64,000 nucleotides of DNA from the NCBI GenBank assembly GCA_964016885.1, contig OZ024745.1, positions 134,354,001 to 134,418,000 on the forward strand, written 5' to 3'. The DNA is from Eledone cirrhosa (Eukaryota). Made by a program: the position numbers and the translations under genes. Below are positions 1-13,092 of this stretch, one piece after another. The notes under the pieces are model-generated. The model made no database searches, was not told where the DNA came from, and worked only from the letters and a program-made list of their open reading frames with translations. Numbering within the stretch: position 1 is the stretch's first letter; each line of letters begins with the position of its first letter.

Positions 1-378
1 TATTTTATGGGATTATATTGACTAGGCTTAATATAATCAACTAAATTCCTTTAAAGTACTGCCCCAGCCCACTGATTTCTTGCTCGATGAGACTGGGGTC
101 GTCTTAAGTCAGTAATCCCAGAGGCATCGTTGTGTGTAGAGCCGACCAGGTTCACCAGTGCTATCAATCCCATTGCATCCTCCAAGGTGAGCCTCTGGAG
201 ATCTTCCTTGATGACATCCATCCAATGTTGCAGGGCCTTACTTAGACAACTAAATTAAAAACGAAAGAATTGTGTTTTTTTTCTGATTTCAACAAATTGT
301 GGATGTGTTGCGGTACCAACATCACATATTAATTTGCCAACTTCTGTCAAAGTATGGAACTCATTAAAAATGCCTTAA

Positions 379-586
379 CCCTTTAGCATTTAAACCGGCT
401 ATATCCAGCCAGAATTCTCTCATCTCTTTCTGCTCAAACTGCCTGAAAATGACAGTTCATACTGATGTTAAGGCATTGTTCTCAAAATAAATAACATCAA
501 AATCTCATAGATTCGATATTATGGAAGATAAAGCCTTTAGCACAAAAATACAATAGTATATATAGAATAATGTAAATGCTAAAGGG
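379..586. mobile_element. piggyBac-like MITE, family A
   Basis: TTAA|CCCTTTAGCATTTA ... TAAATGCTAAAGGG|TTAA. Related copies near 2330-2766, 7255-7716, 12246-12636 and 23021-23194. Confidence 0.85.
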
Positions 587-1734
587 TTAAATACTCATAT
601 TTATGCTTCCTTTTATATGTACAAGTAATACAGAGAGTAAAATTTGTTGATCCATATAAATAGGTGTTTCCTAAGAATACTGTTGTTTTGCTTTTGTAGT
701 TTGATTTCAATTGACATATTTGAAGATGATGTAACCAAAACACATACATTTGATTCTTTGGAAACATAGGAAATAAATTTTGAAAGAAAATATTCCCTAG
801 TTTCTTCCTATTTATGATTATACATTTCATTCTCATCATAATTTTATTTGCTATCCAAAGATGAAGAGACATACCTATAACCTTTAGATATACTCATCAG
901 GTGGGAAATTTTAGTCAGGTTATATATGATTAATATATTTTGGCAGGTAACGAATGGATCTTATGCCAGTTCCATTCAATGAGTGTTAGTTGTTTAACCA
1001 ATGTAATTACTTATACAATAGTATTATAGTGTAACTGATTGAATATTCCACAAATACCTTAATACCTGAGGATTATGTTAATACTTAACATAATCCTCAG
1101 GTAGAATCAGCATGACACGATAACTAGACTGGCATTTTGAATTACAATAACAATTCCTTTGATATGCTTCCATGGGATATCTCTACACAGTTGATTGATC
1201 TTTCAGAAACAGTAGCCAAATTTTGCCAAAATTGTAGCTTATCATCTTAGAAAAAGATATGAGATTAATGTGATCTTGGGTTCCTTGCATAAAATATACA
1301 GAATGGTCATAGCAGGAATACTATTAATCATAGGTTCACTTGATCAGGGTTGACTTGGAGACAGACAACAACAACAACATGATTTCATACACAAGGTTTA
1401 GGTTAACCCAAAATTATGTGAAAGACCTAAAGACCTTCCTATGGTGTCACTGTGGAACCAAGGAACACAAGAAGCTACTTAGGCTCTTATCACAAGTGAT
1501 AAAAACAATAACATGGATTTCTCTCAATTAGGCATGAGGCATTTTTGTAATAAAGTTAAAACATGGGACAAAATCGATAGAAAATAAAAAAAATGTTTAC
1601 AAAATTATAGAAATTTTCTTTTTTCTTTTACATTTATAAAAAATATAAAATAAATTTCAACATCAAATATCTTTTTTTTTTTGTCCAAACAATGGACTAT
1701 AAAAGGATACAAAAGTGTGTATTATGTAGTATTC

Positions 1735-2052
1735 ACTTAATCTTGAGTCTCAAATAATGCCCCCCTCCCCCAGCCTACTAATTTTTCAGCCCTCCTCCCC
1801 ACTTATTAAATTTAACTAATCTATCTCCGGCAAAATTTTATTTTAAGTGGTAGCATTCCTGTGACAATTTTCTTTAGACATAAAAAAACCATTATACATG
1901 ACAAAAAAATGTATATTACTAGAAATTCCATATGTTATAAAATAAATAGGATGAGTTGGGGGTCTTAATATGTAAACTAAACGACTAAAATTACCAATTT
2001 TCCACACTCCTCTCTTATTCCACCACCCCTATTATTGGGGACCTGAGAGTAT
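1735..2052. mobile_element. Tc/mariner-like MITE (TIR ~CTCTCAGGTCCCCAATAAT)
   Basis: Degenerate inverted termini. The internal sequence recurs near 17510-17770, 23250-23430, 23763-23838 and 41100-41370. Confidence 0.6.
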
Positions 2053-3841
2053 ATGGGGCAAAATCAATAGAAAACAAAAAGATGTACAAAATTATATAAA
2101 TTTTATTTTCTGTTTTACATATAAAAAAAGGAATTTCAACATTGAATATCTTTAGTTTTCAACAATGGACTATAAAAGGCTGCAAAAGGAGGAAATGTTT
2201 TACCAAAAAGTTAAGCTTCATGAAAAATTCCATTTAAAGGTAAAAAAAAAACAAAAAAAAAACAACTTATTTTACAATCAATCATCGTAATTAATCACAT
2301 TTTAAAGTTAATTGAGTTAAAATAATTATGTGAGGCAAAGCCTTTACTGTGAAAATATAATAGTATATCGAAAGGTTGTGAGTTCAATTCTCAGACTGGG
2401 TGATGTATTGTTTCCTTGAGCAAGACACTTTATTTTACATTGCTCCAGTTTACTCAGCTGTAGAAATGAGATGATAGGGACTGAGGTCCATATCATTCCA
2501 CTGCAAAGTGGTCGTGGAGGTGTCACAGCAAAAAAGTACCCAGCCCACACTGTAAATGAGGTTGGTGTTAGGAAGGGCATCCAGCTGTAGAAATCAAGCC
2601 AGAATCAGTTCCCGTCCCACCCTTGCAAGCAGGGAAAAGCGGACGTAAAATGATGATGATGATATATAGAGTAATGTAAATGTTATTTGAGATATTATGT
2701 GAAGTAAAGCCTTTACTGTGAAAATACTATAGTATATATAGAGTAATGTAAATGCTAAAGGGTTAATCACTTTTTAAAGTTAATAGAGTTAAAATAAAGT
2801 AAAAATATGAAATTTCACAAAAAAAAAAAAAATTATTTTTTTAGTAGATACTGAAAAGAATAAATTCACTAAAAATAAAATATAAAAATCAGATCCGATG
2901 ACTGTCTTGCTCATACAGAACTGTTACAGGCTTGGTTTCTATGGCTGCTGCCCTTCCTAAAACACATTACAGCATGGACTGGCTACTTTTTGTTGTGTCA
3001 CTAGTACTACCATCTTACAGGGTGGATAGGGTGCTTTTCAATGTTTCACCACCACAACCATCTTACAGGGTGGACAGGGTGCTTTTTAATGTTTCACCAG
3101 CACAACCATGTTACAGGGTGCTTTTCATCAAGGAGCAAGACTTTGGGAGTGCAGGGGTGCAGTGTGACCAGCTTGCCATGCCGTAGACAGAAGTGTATGA
3201 GGGGGTGTGGAAGGTGGCGGTAGGAAGATTCATACGAGTATGCAGGGTGGGTAAGTGAATGAGGTCTAAGATGTTATATATATTGTAACATATCTATATA
3301 AATGTTACATATATTGTAACATATTTATATAAATATTACATACATTTTAACATTTATATAAACACCACATGGTAAACCTTACACACATAAATAAGCCAAG
3401 TAACGTTTCAAAACAATTCACAGGTCATACAACACCAGTGTAAGTAAAGAACACAATAAAGTAGAATTAGCAGACAATTATCTGAAGGCCAACAGTTTAG
3501 GGATATGAAAAGAACATACGGAACTGTTAACCTTTTGATATATGTATAAGCTATAACACACAGCTTAAGCCATACAATTGGGATACAAGCTGAAAGCCTG
3601 AACCAGCATGATCATCTAATTTAAGAATAAAATTTTGTTCCTGCAGAGAAGTATCTCTCAGATTGTTGTAGTTATGAAATATAACATAGAAGAATTTCAC
3701 CTGACAACAGGAAGACTTAAAAAAGAACTAGAGAAGTGATTTGGAGAAACAGGATTTAAAACTCTATACTACAGCTGAAAAAACAACTCACAGCTACAGC
3801 CGACTAACTAAAATATAAACGGCAAACACTGAATAGGTTAT

Positions 3842-4312
3842 TTACCAACTGATTTTACACATGCCAGTCGTGATACCACTTCCAGCCCGGCTATGCATGT
3901 CAATCGTGTTCATGATGAACAGAAGAGACAGTACACACCCTTGGCAGAGTCCGGCTCCCACATTGAATGGTTTCGATTTAGCACCATTTATCCGAACACA
4001 AATACTCGAGCATTCGTATAAAGACATCAGGGCAGCAAAAAGCTGACCATTGACCCCATACTCCTGTAGAACCTTCCACAGCAGGTCCTGAGAAATGCGG
4101 TCATATGCCTTCTCAAGCTCAACAAAAAAAGAATATACTTCACAATACTCCCACGATTTCTCGAATAGCTGCTGAAGTGTGAATATTTGGTCGGCTATGC
4201 TGTGTCCGAGGCAAAAACCACACTGTTCATCAGCTAGCTTGGACTCGACAATCTCCCTGCATCTCTTTGCCAGACACTTAACACAGACTTTACCGGGGAG
4301 GTTTAACAATAA
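3842..4312 (-). mobile_element. RTE-clade LINE reverse transcriptase fragment
   Basis: EQCGF, FVELEKAYDR and GLCQGCVLS RT motifs. Confidence 0.9.
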
Positions 4313-4659
4313 CTAGTGTTGACCATTACTCTGGTCAACAACCAAAATGCTTCTGAGACCAACTAATTTTAGGTCACTGATAATGAATATCATGGTTAAA
4401 ACTGTTTGTTAGCTCTACTTTTCCACATACACCTACGTGTCACAGCAAGTTCCAATAGGCTTGCAGCATACCACACTCACTGTCCCAATGCCCTTCAGTA
4501 TTGTACCAGCAGTCAGAGCAGGTGGTTGTGCTATTGATATGCATGTGTGGCATTTTGTATTAATTAAATTTTCCTAATGAATCATATAAATATGATCCGT
4601 ATTATAATGATGAATTTATGAATGAATTTTCTGTTTATCTTCCAATTGTTTGTTGTTTT

Positions 4660-5040
4660 CTTGTTATAGATGCCTTGCACTTGTGTGAATAAAGCAGACA
4701 ACTTCTGCTACATTTGAGGTGAGGTGAGGTGACCTTTGTACCACAGAAGCGCTGTGTAACTGCTATGGTTAGAGAGGCATAGCACCTATATTTTGGATGT
4801 AAGATTGGGGACCAGGATAACTGGGCTCCTCACATGTGCTGCAACACTTGAGCTACTAACCTTCGCCAATGGTTGAACAGGAAGAGGAAAGGAATGCTTT
4901 TTATTGTGCCAATGATGTGACAGGAGGCAACATACTATACCAACAATTGTTATTTCTGCATGGTACCTCCAGTAAAAAAGGGTTTGTCAAAGAAGAAAAA
5001 GGAGTCCATTGAATATCCAAAAATTCCATCAGCTATATTG
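4660..5040 (+). mobile_element. Degenerate DNA-transposon ORF fragment (YFGCKIGDQDNWAPHMCC...CYFCMV)
   Basis: Manual translation matches the GDQDKxWAPHxCC motif of a widespread metazoan transposon-derived protein family. Stops are present and the superfamily is uncertain. Confidence 0.6.
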
Positions 5041-5369
5041 GATTTTAACTTAACCTTTTCAGATAACTCGCCCTAACATATTTGAACTAGTTTCCAACAG
5101 TTCATAACTTTAAAGCTAGATGAGGTTACTCGTTTATTGATGTGAAGTTTATCAATCAAAATAGTCATTTTACTGAAAAAAAGCCCAGCATAGCAACTGT
5201 AGCTGTGTAAAATATACAAGGCAGTCAACAGATTAAAAAGATCTGTTTAAATATTCAATATTCATCCACTCAATACTATTTATCATAACTGTAAGTACAT
5301 TTTATAATAAATGTATAGTTTTATCTATTAGTAATAATTTTTAACTAATTTTCAGATTTTAAAGAATTT

Positions 5370-6020
5370 TGGTACAATGACCCAAAAGCAAAATGTCACT
5401 GAATAATTACTTTGAGAAGGGACAAAGACTCAATCAACGAGACACCAGAAGGGTTGCAGACAGCAAACAAAAAGAAAGCTGCATTTAAAAGAAAATACCA
5501 AGAGTCCTACATAAAATATGGGTTCATCACAACAGCTGATTCACACGCTCCACAACTGCTCTGTATATGTGATGACCAACAAGCTAATGAAGCCTTGAGA
5601 CCCTCAAAATTTCTTTGTTACATGTAGAGTAAGCACCCTGCATTAAATGATAAGCCCCTGGAATTTTTTTAAAGAAAAAATGTGAACGAAGTACAGAAGC
5701 AATTATTGAAGACCACTACTTCAACAAATGTCTGTGCTAAAGCATCATTCTTAGTAGCTGACCGCATTGCTAAAGCCAAAAAAACCCTTCACTATTGAAG
5801 AATTTTGCCTGCTACTAAGGACATTTGCAGTGAAACTTTCGGAGAGGAAGCAGCTAAAAAGGTTGCAAACTTTCCTCTTTTGGCTAGCACCGTAATGAAG
5901 TAGCAGAGGATGTCAAGGAACAGTTGTTAGACAGGATTAATAAGTCACCGTCGTACACAATTCAGGTAGATGAATGTACAGGTATCGACACGGTAATATT
6001 TATGTGTGATATATTTTGGG
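5370..6020 (+). mobile_element. hAT (Buster/Charlie) transposase N-terminal fragment, pseudogenised
   Basis: KRKYQESYIKYGF, ANEALRPSK, KHP..DKPLEFF, IAKAKKPFTI and IQVDECT motifs of ZBED5/SCAND3-type transposases. Confidence 0.88.
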
Positions 6021-6029
6021 GAGGGGGAG

Positions 6030-7255
6030 GAGAAAGAAATGCAGGGAGTTCAAACCATTGGCGGTCCAGCGTTTGAAGTCAGAAAATAATCCGTTGCTTG
6101 GCCCTCAGTCAAGAATACAGGGCTCCAGATGGTCGGGTTGCGAAAGGAATGACCAGCTAAGCAGAAGTGTCGGGTGATGGGGGAACGCGAGCCTAGTCGG
6201 ATATCATGGAAGTGTTCGGTGAACTGGTTGGCCAAATTGCATCCCGTCTGCCCGACATAGGTCACACCACATCCGTGCAGCGGAGTCTGTAGACAAGGCT
6301 GGAGGAGGTGCAGCGAATAGAATGCTGGACAAGGACGGCGTGGTTATTGAGTCCCTGGAAGGTGGCGGTGTTGGAGATGTGGGGGCATGTGTGACAGCGG
6401 AGTTGGAAGCAAAGGAGGGATCTGGGAAGGAAGAGGGGGTGTGAGTAGGGGTGGTAGGTGATGGGGAGCAGGGGGAGGTGGCATGGAGTGAGGGTGGTGA
6501 ATGGCACAGGCATGGGAGGGGGGTTTAACCTCTCCGGGTGAAATAACGGACCAGAGAAAGAGCCTGGTGTTCAAAGTCCGCATCTCGACAGATCTGGAGA
6601 AGTTGGGAGTAGGGAATGGAGTGTTTGATGTGAGTGGGAGGAGGTAAAGTAGAGGTAAGAGTGGGAGTCAGTAGGTTTGAAGGCAGAGGCGATGAGTGAG
6701 CGGTGGGAGGGGGTCAATGGAGATGTCCAAGAAGTGGAGGATGGAAGGAGCAGAGGAATGAGAGTCGTGGCGCCGATACTGTCGTCAATATAACAACCGT
6801 ACAGTTCGGGGGTGGGGCCAGAGTATTGGGCAAAGATTTGGGTCTCAACGTGGCCAACAAAAAAGTTGGCGCAATTGGGGCCCATTCTTGTACCCATGGC
6901 TACCCCAGTGACTTGCTGGTAAAATTCACCCGAGGAGTTGAGGGTGAGGACCAGCTCAATAAGACAGAGGAGGGTGGGGTGATGAGGACGGGGGTAGGGC
7001 GTAGTACAAGGTAGTGTTGGACGGTGCGTAGGCCATTGGCGTGGGGGATGACATAGGGATTTTATATCAAAGGTAAAGAGGGGAGGTGAGCCGGGTGGAA
7101 AGGTAAAGGAGTCGAAAAGGCAGAGGGCATGTTTAGTATCGGAAATGTAGGAGGGTAGGGCGAGGATGGAGTCAAAGAAAGCAGAAATTAGTTCAGTGGG
7201 ACAGATGCAGGCAGAGACGATGGGGTGGCCGGGGTTGTCTGGTTTGTGTATTTAA
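6030..7255 (-). mobile_element. Penelope-like retroelement (RT + GIY-YIG), degraded
   Basis: GVAMGTRMGPNCANFFVG and YIDD RT motifs, KPTDSHSYL, and VYRLRC..YVGQT GIY-YIG endonuclease motifs. Confidence 0.9.
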
Positions 7256-7369
7256 ATCAACCACATTCATCCAGAATTCTCTCACTTGTTTCTGTTCAAA
7301 CCAGCTGTAACTTGCAACTCCTACTGATGTTAAGATATTGTTCTTAAAACAAATATCAAAATCTCATAG

Positions 7370-7710
7370 ATTTGATATGTGAGGTAAAGCCTTTACTGTG
7401 AAAATACAACAGTATCTATAGAGTAAAGTAAATGTTATGTGAGGTAAAGCCTTTACTGTGAAAATACAATAGTATATATAGAGTAATGTAAATGTTATGA
7501 GATATTATGTGAGGTAAAGACTTTACTGTGAAAATACAATAGTATATATAGAGTAATGTAAATGTTATGAGATATTATGTGAGGTAAAGCCTTTACTGTG
7601 AAAATACAATAGTATATATAGAGTGATGTAAATGTTATGAGATATTATGTGAGGTAAAGCATTTACTGTGAAAATATAACAGTATATATAGAGTAATGTA
7701 AATGTTAAAT
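7370..7710. repeat. ~70-bp tandem repeat (about 5 units) inside a piggyBac-like MITE
   Basis: Unit gatattatgtgaggtaaagcctttactgtgaaaatacaatagtatatatagagtaatgtaaatgttatga. Confidence 0.9.
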
Positions 7711-9523
7711 GGTTAAAACATTGACTGTATTTAGTATTAATAACTTTAAGCTAATAAAATGAGTTGTAATAATTAAATGAATTAATGCTTTAAAAAAAAT
7801 CATAAATCTGAACACCCTAACCATTAAATCACATGCTTTCCCTCAGAGCCATATAAACTCCATCATACACATAATTATAAAGTGAATGCCTTCTCCCTCA
7901 CACATTAGATGAAGAGTTATTGAAGCTTGCCACAGAGTGGGAAATGGTTCCCGTGAATTAAGTAAATTTGAAAAATATTTGAGGAGAATAAACTACTCTG
8001 AATTGATGGACATGTGATTCAAATGTCTCAGGAAAGAATCACTGGATTGAGAGATCACAGCTCTGATACTACAGACATGTGGTTGGATTGTCTCAAGAAA
8101 GAATCACTGGACAGATTTTGCAGGCAAAATCAACCAGCAGGAAACCCAGGGGTAGACGATTGGATACCCCAGGGGTAGCAAGATGATTGGATAACATCCA
8201 TGAGCCCGGCTGGTCTCATTTGGGGATCCAGTCGGATCAGTTGGAGACAGTTGCTTCTGACAGGACCCGCTGGAAGGTGTTTGAGGACAATACACCTACA
8301 ACCTTCTCAGGAATAAATGGGCAAAGAAGCAGAAGAATAAACTGTAGTGGATTCTGCTTAGTTTCTCCAGATTTGCAGAACTTGAACACAGCATGCAAAG
8401 CTAATCCAACATTTAACCGGGACTGCTAATTAATTAATGAAGAATTTGGGGTATTTACTAAAATTATTATTTCATTACTAAGATAGTAACTTAATGTAAG
8501 GTTCTTATATTAAAAATTATGTTGGAAGATTTTTATTTAAATTGGAAACCTTTAAAATGGATGATTTTATTTCATAGAACCGGAACTGGTTTTGGCTGGG
8601 TTGGTAACTAAAGGGTCAACTTATGAAATTTTAACCTCTCTTGTGCCTCTAAGTTTGCATTGCATACACATGACTATAATGCAATGTATGTAAGCAATAA
8701 TCAGCTGAAGAATATTTTTACAAACAAAACTAAAATAACAAATATTCTTAGAGAAATAATAATTCAAACAAGACTTTGTCCATGTAAAAATTGATTTCCT
8801 TCATAAGGTATAAACTTGGAGACATATAATCAAATGAATTGTTTCATTGGTTCGAGAGAAATGAAAAACATAAGTTGACACCAATGAAATTTAAATACAG
8901 GATGTAATGATATGAGTGCATATACAACCAATATGCACTCTAGGACTGTACCATTTCTGGAAATGAACCATCATTTATTCCATCCATATTCTATCCTCAA
9001 TTTTTCACATCTCAGTGAGATGTGAAATCACGAAGTTGATGACAAAACTAAACACTGTGTTCTATAACATTTTTGCCACAAAACAGTGATGTCCAAAGAA
9101 AGAAAAGTGTCACTCAACACACAAACCACTACCATAAGTATATTCTCAATAGCTTTGCATACCATGTTCAAGTCTATTTTAGAATCTTCAAGTTAAATTT
9201 CATTCTATTATTTAAAAAAAATATGAAATATTAAAAAAATCACACATGACTTTGTATTATCTAAAATAGACACCACTAGAACAAAAGGATGGTGATGGTC
9301 ATCTAAAAACATAGCAAAATGAGGCTGTTTGCTTGCAAACAAAACAAATATTCTTATTATTCAATAAGATATATAGACAACTTTAATATTTTACATTAAA
9401 GTTGTCTATAAATGAAATTAATAAAAAAATTAAAGTTGTCTATAAATTGTGTTTTCTTTAACGATATCAATAACAGTTATTAAAATCAATATTTAAAACC
9501 ACGGATAGGTGTTTTGTTGCTAA

Positions 9524-9563
9524 CAACGTTTCGGCTGATGTACTCTCCAGCCTTCATCAGGTC
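9524..9563 (-). ncRNA. Minimal type I hammerhead-ribozyme-like motif (Penelope-type)
   Basis: Minus strand reads GAC-CUGAUGA-A-GGCUG(gagaguacau)CAGCC-GAAACGUU-GUU: both core boxes, 5-bp stem II, palindromic stem III (AACGUU), 3-bp stem I. Confidence 0.6.
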
Positions 9564-9709
9564 TCCCAATGTATATAATGTAAATAATTCCTCGTCTCAA
9601 AAATATTGAATAATATTTAAAACATTTAAAATAAATTATTGCTAAGGCAAAAAACAATCAATCACATAAAAACTTTTCAACTGATATATTCCAGTTGAAG
9701 TGTACACAA

Positions 9710-9861
9710 TTATTCCGAAAGCCAAGAATTAAAAGTATCTTGCATAAATTTCCGAGTTGCAGCATTTCCATTATTTACCGTTGGCACAATGTCATCAGGA
9801 CGAATAAATTGTACAAATCTTTTCATCTCCACAAAACTGCTATGTTCACTGTATGGTATTC
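9710..9861 (-). CDS. DCLRE1A: DCLRE1A exon 9, terminal ([29 protein letters not shown]...WLSE*)
   Basis: PYSEHSS and PTVN beta-CASP motifs. TAA stop at 9712-9710. Confidence 0.97.
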
Positions 9862-10617
9862 CTAGAAAAACAATATTAATTACATATAAAAATGAGAAAA
9901 CTCATCACTAGAACGGCCATTAAACTTCTTGTCATCCTCCTCCTTCAATCTTTACTATGTTTCATCTGCCTGTCACCCACCTTGTGGATTGTCTCTCTCT
10001 GTTGACCACTAGGCTCTGTCTTCTTCGGCATTTTTGCCCATCATTGTCTTTGACAGCATTTGGCTGTTTTAATGGCTGTTCTAGCAATGAGTTTACTCAT
10101 TTTTATATGTATTCAAATACACACACGCTTCATCTCGATCAGAGGAAACTTTGATTTTTCATTTAACAATATTAATTAATTAATTAAAACCTTTAAAAAA
10201 CAAAAGGTATGAGTAAAATTCTTAAAGATTCTGAAGGTTTCCATCCAAAATGTTACAATTCTTTTCTCAATACATTTACACTATTTCTGTTTAGCTCTTG
10301 TGCAAAAATAAAATTTACAAAATAATTACAATAATTTTAAAATTAAAAGCAAAACATGGTATTTCTTTCTTTAATTTTAGTCAGAAGTGGATTGGCAGCC
10401 AGTACCTATGACTTTTTGTAGGATTTCCAAGACAGATAGAGGAAAGGAAAGAAGAAATTGGAAACCCAAGAGTTGGAATGATAGAAGACACTTGACCAAG
10501 GAGCCATTCAGTGAGACTGAACCCAAAACTACATAATTATGAAACTAACTTGCGATAATATGATATATATGACAATATATATAATATAGGATATATATAT
10601 ACACAAGCCCACGACAA

Positions 10618-11473
10618 TCTATATATATAAAACTGTGGTTGTCTGTCTGTCTATCGATTTTTGGCAGACATCTCCTCTTAGAATATCTCACGGAATTGCA
10701 CCGAAATTGCTATACTTGTACATTGAGCCCTAGCGAAGACATCGGGAAAAAAAAATTTCAAATTGACCCGCCCAATGTGACGAAATCGAATATAATGTAT
10801 CGATTTTTGAGCGTAAGTGATCAGTTATTTCCCTTTGTTCTGTTTACATTGAGCGTCTGCGTGCAAAAATTAAAAAAATTACGCTGGCTTTCTCAGCGTT
10901 TAAAATGATATTAACACAATACACGATTTAAAGACTACGTAAAACAAGCCTTTTAAAACAATATTTTTACTTGAAAACAAGTCTATTTAAAAACTACTTA
11001 AAACAAGCAAATATTTCGTAAAAAAAAGCAAAAATTATATAAGTTTATATAAAATATATGTATCTGTAAATTTCGTTAGGCGTGCAGACAGACAGTCGTG
11101 CAGAGAGGTGATATAGGCGTGCAGACAGACAGTCGTGCAGAGAGGTGATATAGGCGTGCAGACAGACATAACTGATAATTTGGTTACGCTAATGTTTTTC
11201 TCTGCGTTGCAGTGTTTACATTTTCGATCTTTGTTAATAAATAACCAGTGTAGTTTTTATCCCCAGCATCCTCTTTTGATATAACATTCGGGTTATCGTT
11301 ATGTTTTCTTAACTTCATAAGGCATATTGTTGGTTGAGGGAATATTAATCAAAAACACCATATGCAAGTCTGCACAGTAGACACTACAGTTTTTAAGCCA
11401 ATAAAGAAACTTAACATTGAAACTTTAACACAGCTACTGAGCGACCCCGAGCAACGCCGGGCTTTACTGCTAG
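10618..11473 (+). mobile_element. Complete non-autonomous Helitron in DCLRE1A intron 8
   Basis: 5' TC(TATATATATAAAA), 3' CTAG preceded by GC hairpin CCCG-agcaacgc-CGGG, inserted between A and T. Internal 37-bp tandem near 11077-11168. Confidence 0.88.
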
Positions 11474-11501
11474 TACATGATATATTTTGTCAAAAACTTA
11501 C

Positions 11502-11643
11502 CATATATAGTAATCTTATCTTTTTTCAGAGTGGGTTTAATATCAAACAAAGAAGCTGTTTTGTTAGAGTGAGTCCAACCAGTAGGTTTCAGTGCAAGAA
11601 GTTGGTTAAATGTTTTATATCTCTGTAAATGATGATTAAGATC
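11502..11643 (-). CDS. DCLRE1A: DCLRE1A exon 8 (DLNHHLQRYK...ALKPTGWTHS...ITIYG)
   Basis: PTGW motif of the DRMBL domain. AG/GTAAGT borders, phase 0-1. Confidence 0.95.
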
Positions 11644-12245
11644 CTTAAAGAAAAAGGAAAATATTTATACATGGCAGTATGAAAAAACAGACAATAAATC
11701 TTGACATTCACTCTCTTCCATTACACTCACCTCTAAACTGTTTCTCACATCATTCTTCACTTCTTCCAATACTCTCTACCATTATTGTCTCTTCTTTTTC
11801 ACTAGTCTCTCTCCCATTATTGCCAGTTTTCCACCCCAACCCTTTCATTTCAAGCACTGTTTCTCCCATCATATTCTCACAATCCCCAGGCACCCTGATT
11901 CCTGTTCTTGCTAGCTCTTTTATTCCCCTTTCTGGTCATGTAGTGAGTACTCTTTTGTTTTGCATGATACAAGGCAACCTCTCCAGTACAGGTTGCTACA
12001 ATAAAAAGCACTCAGTGCACTCTATAAAGTATCTGGTGTTAGTAAAGGCTTCCAGCAGTAGATATCATGCCAAAAAACGGCACACAGAAGCAAGTCATGG
12101 TCCTCCAAGTCGTATAGGTGGGTAGATATTTAAACTAAACTCAGACTGTGACAACACATTCAAATCATACCAAGGAAAGCAAACAAAAATGATGATCGTG
12201 ATTACATGATAGTTATACATTTTATGCTACCAAAAACTGTCTTAA

Positions 12246-12636
12246 CCCTTTAGCATTTAATCTGGCCAGAATTGTCTCACCTCTTCCTGTTCAAACCGGC
12301 AATAACTGGTCATCGATACTAATTTTAAGGTATTCTTCTCGAAATAAAGAATATCAAAATCTCATAGATTCAAGATTATATGAGATATTATATAAGATAA
12401 AGCCTTTACTGTGAAAATACAATGGTATGTACAGAATAATTGTTTCTACTTTTAGCACAAGGCCAGCAATTACCCCAGTGCATTACTGGTACTTTATTTT
12501 ATCGACCCCTGTAAGGATGAAAGGCAAAGTGAACCTCGGCGGGATTTGAACTCACACCATAAAGGGGCATAACTCTATGCTGCAAAGCATGGCGTCCAAC
12601 CTTCTGCTGATACAGAATAATATAAATGCTAAAGGG
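12246..12636. mobile_element. piggyBac-like MITE family A carrying a nested SINE (~12437-12610, minus)
   Basis: TTAA TSDs and CCCTTTAGCATTTA TIRs. The interior is interrupted by the SINE. Confidence 0.85.
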
Positions 12637-13092
12637 TTAAATTTGTTAGTGCTCCATTTCTTGCAATAGCATGTAATAATTCCCCCAAGGCTTTCAATTT
12701 TGGGGTAAATTGCTGAGTATAAAAATACTTGGAAGCTGAAGAGAGGACATGCAGTTAAGAGGTTTACTTTGCAAAAAAGTGCTTCCAGGTTTAATCCTAC
12801 TACATGGCATCTTTGTTAGTGTATGGATTTTGGTAGATCGAAACTGAGTGGATGCCTGCTATATATGCATGAATGAATGTTCATATATGCATGCATGTCA
12901 TCATCATCATTTTGCGTCCCCTTTTCATGCAGGCATGGGTTGCACGGGTTGTCAAGGTGCAAGATCAGGGGGCCCCAAACTACCAATCTTGTGTGTTATT
13001 GTCAGAGCTAGATGGACAAGCTAGAGAGAAAGATCTGGAAGCTGAAAGAGCCTTCAGCCAGAAACAGACTTAAAGATATCTTACTCTAAGCC

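Noticed and set aside
845-900. Possible hammerhead (minus-strand CUGAUGA plus stem)
   Set aside because: The GAAA box is missing after the stem, so it is too degenerate to call.
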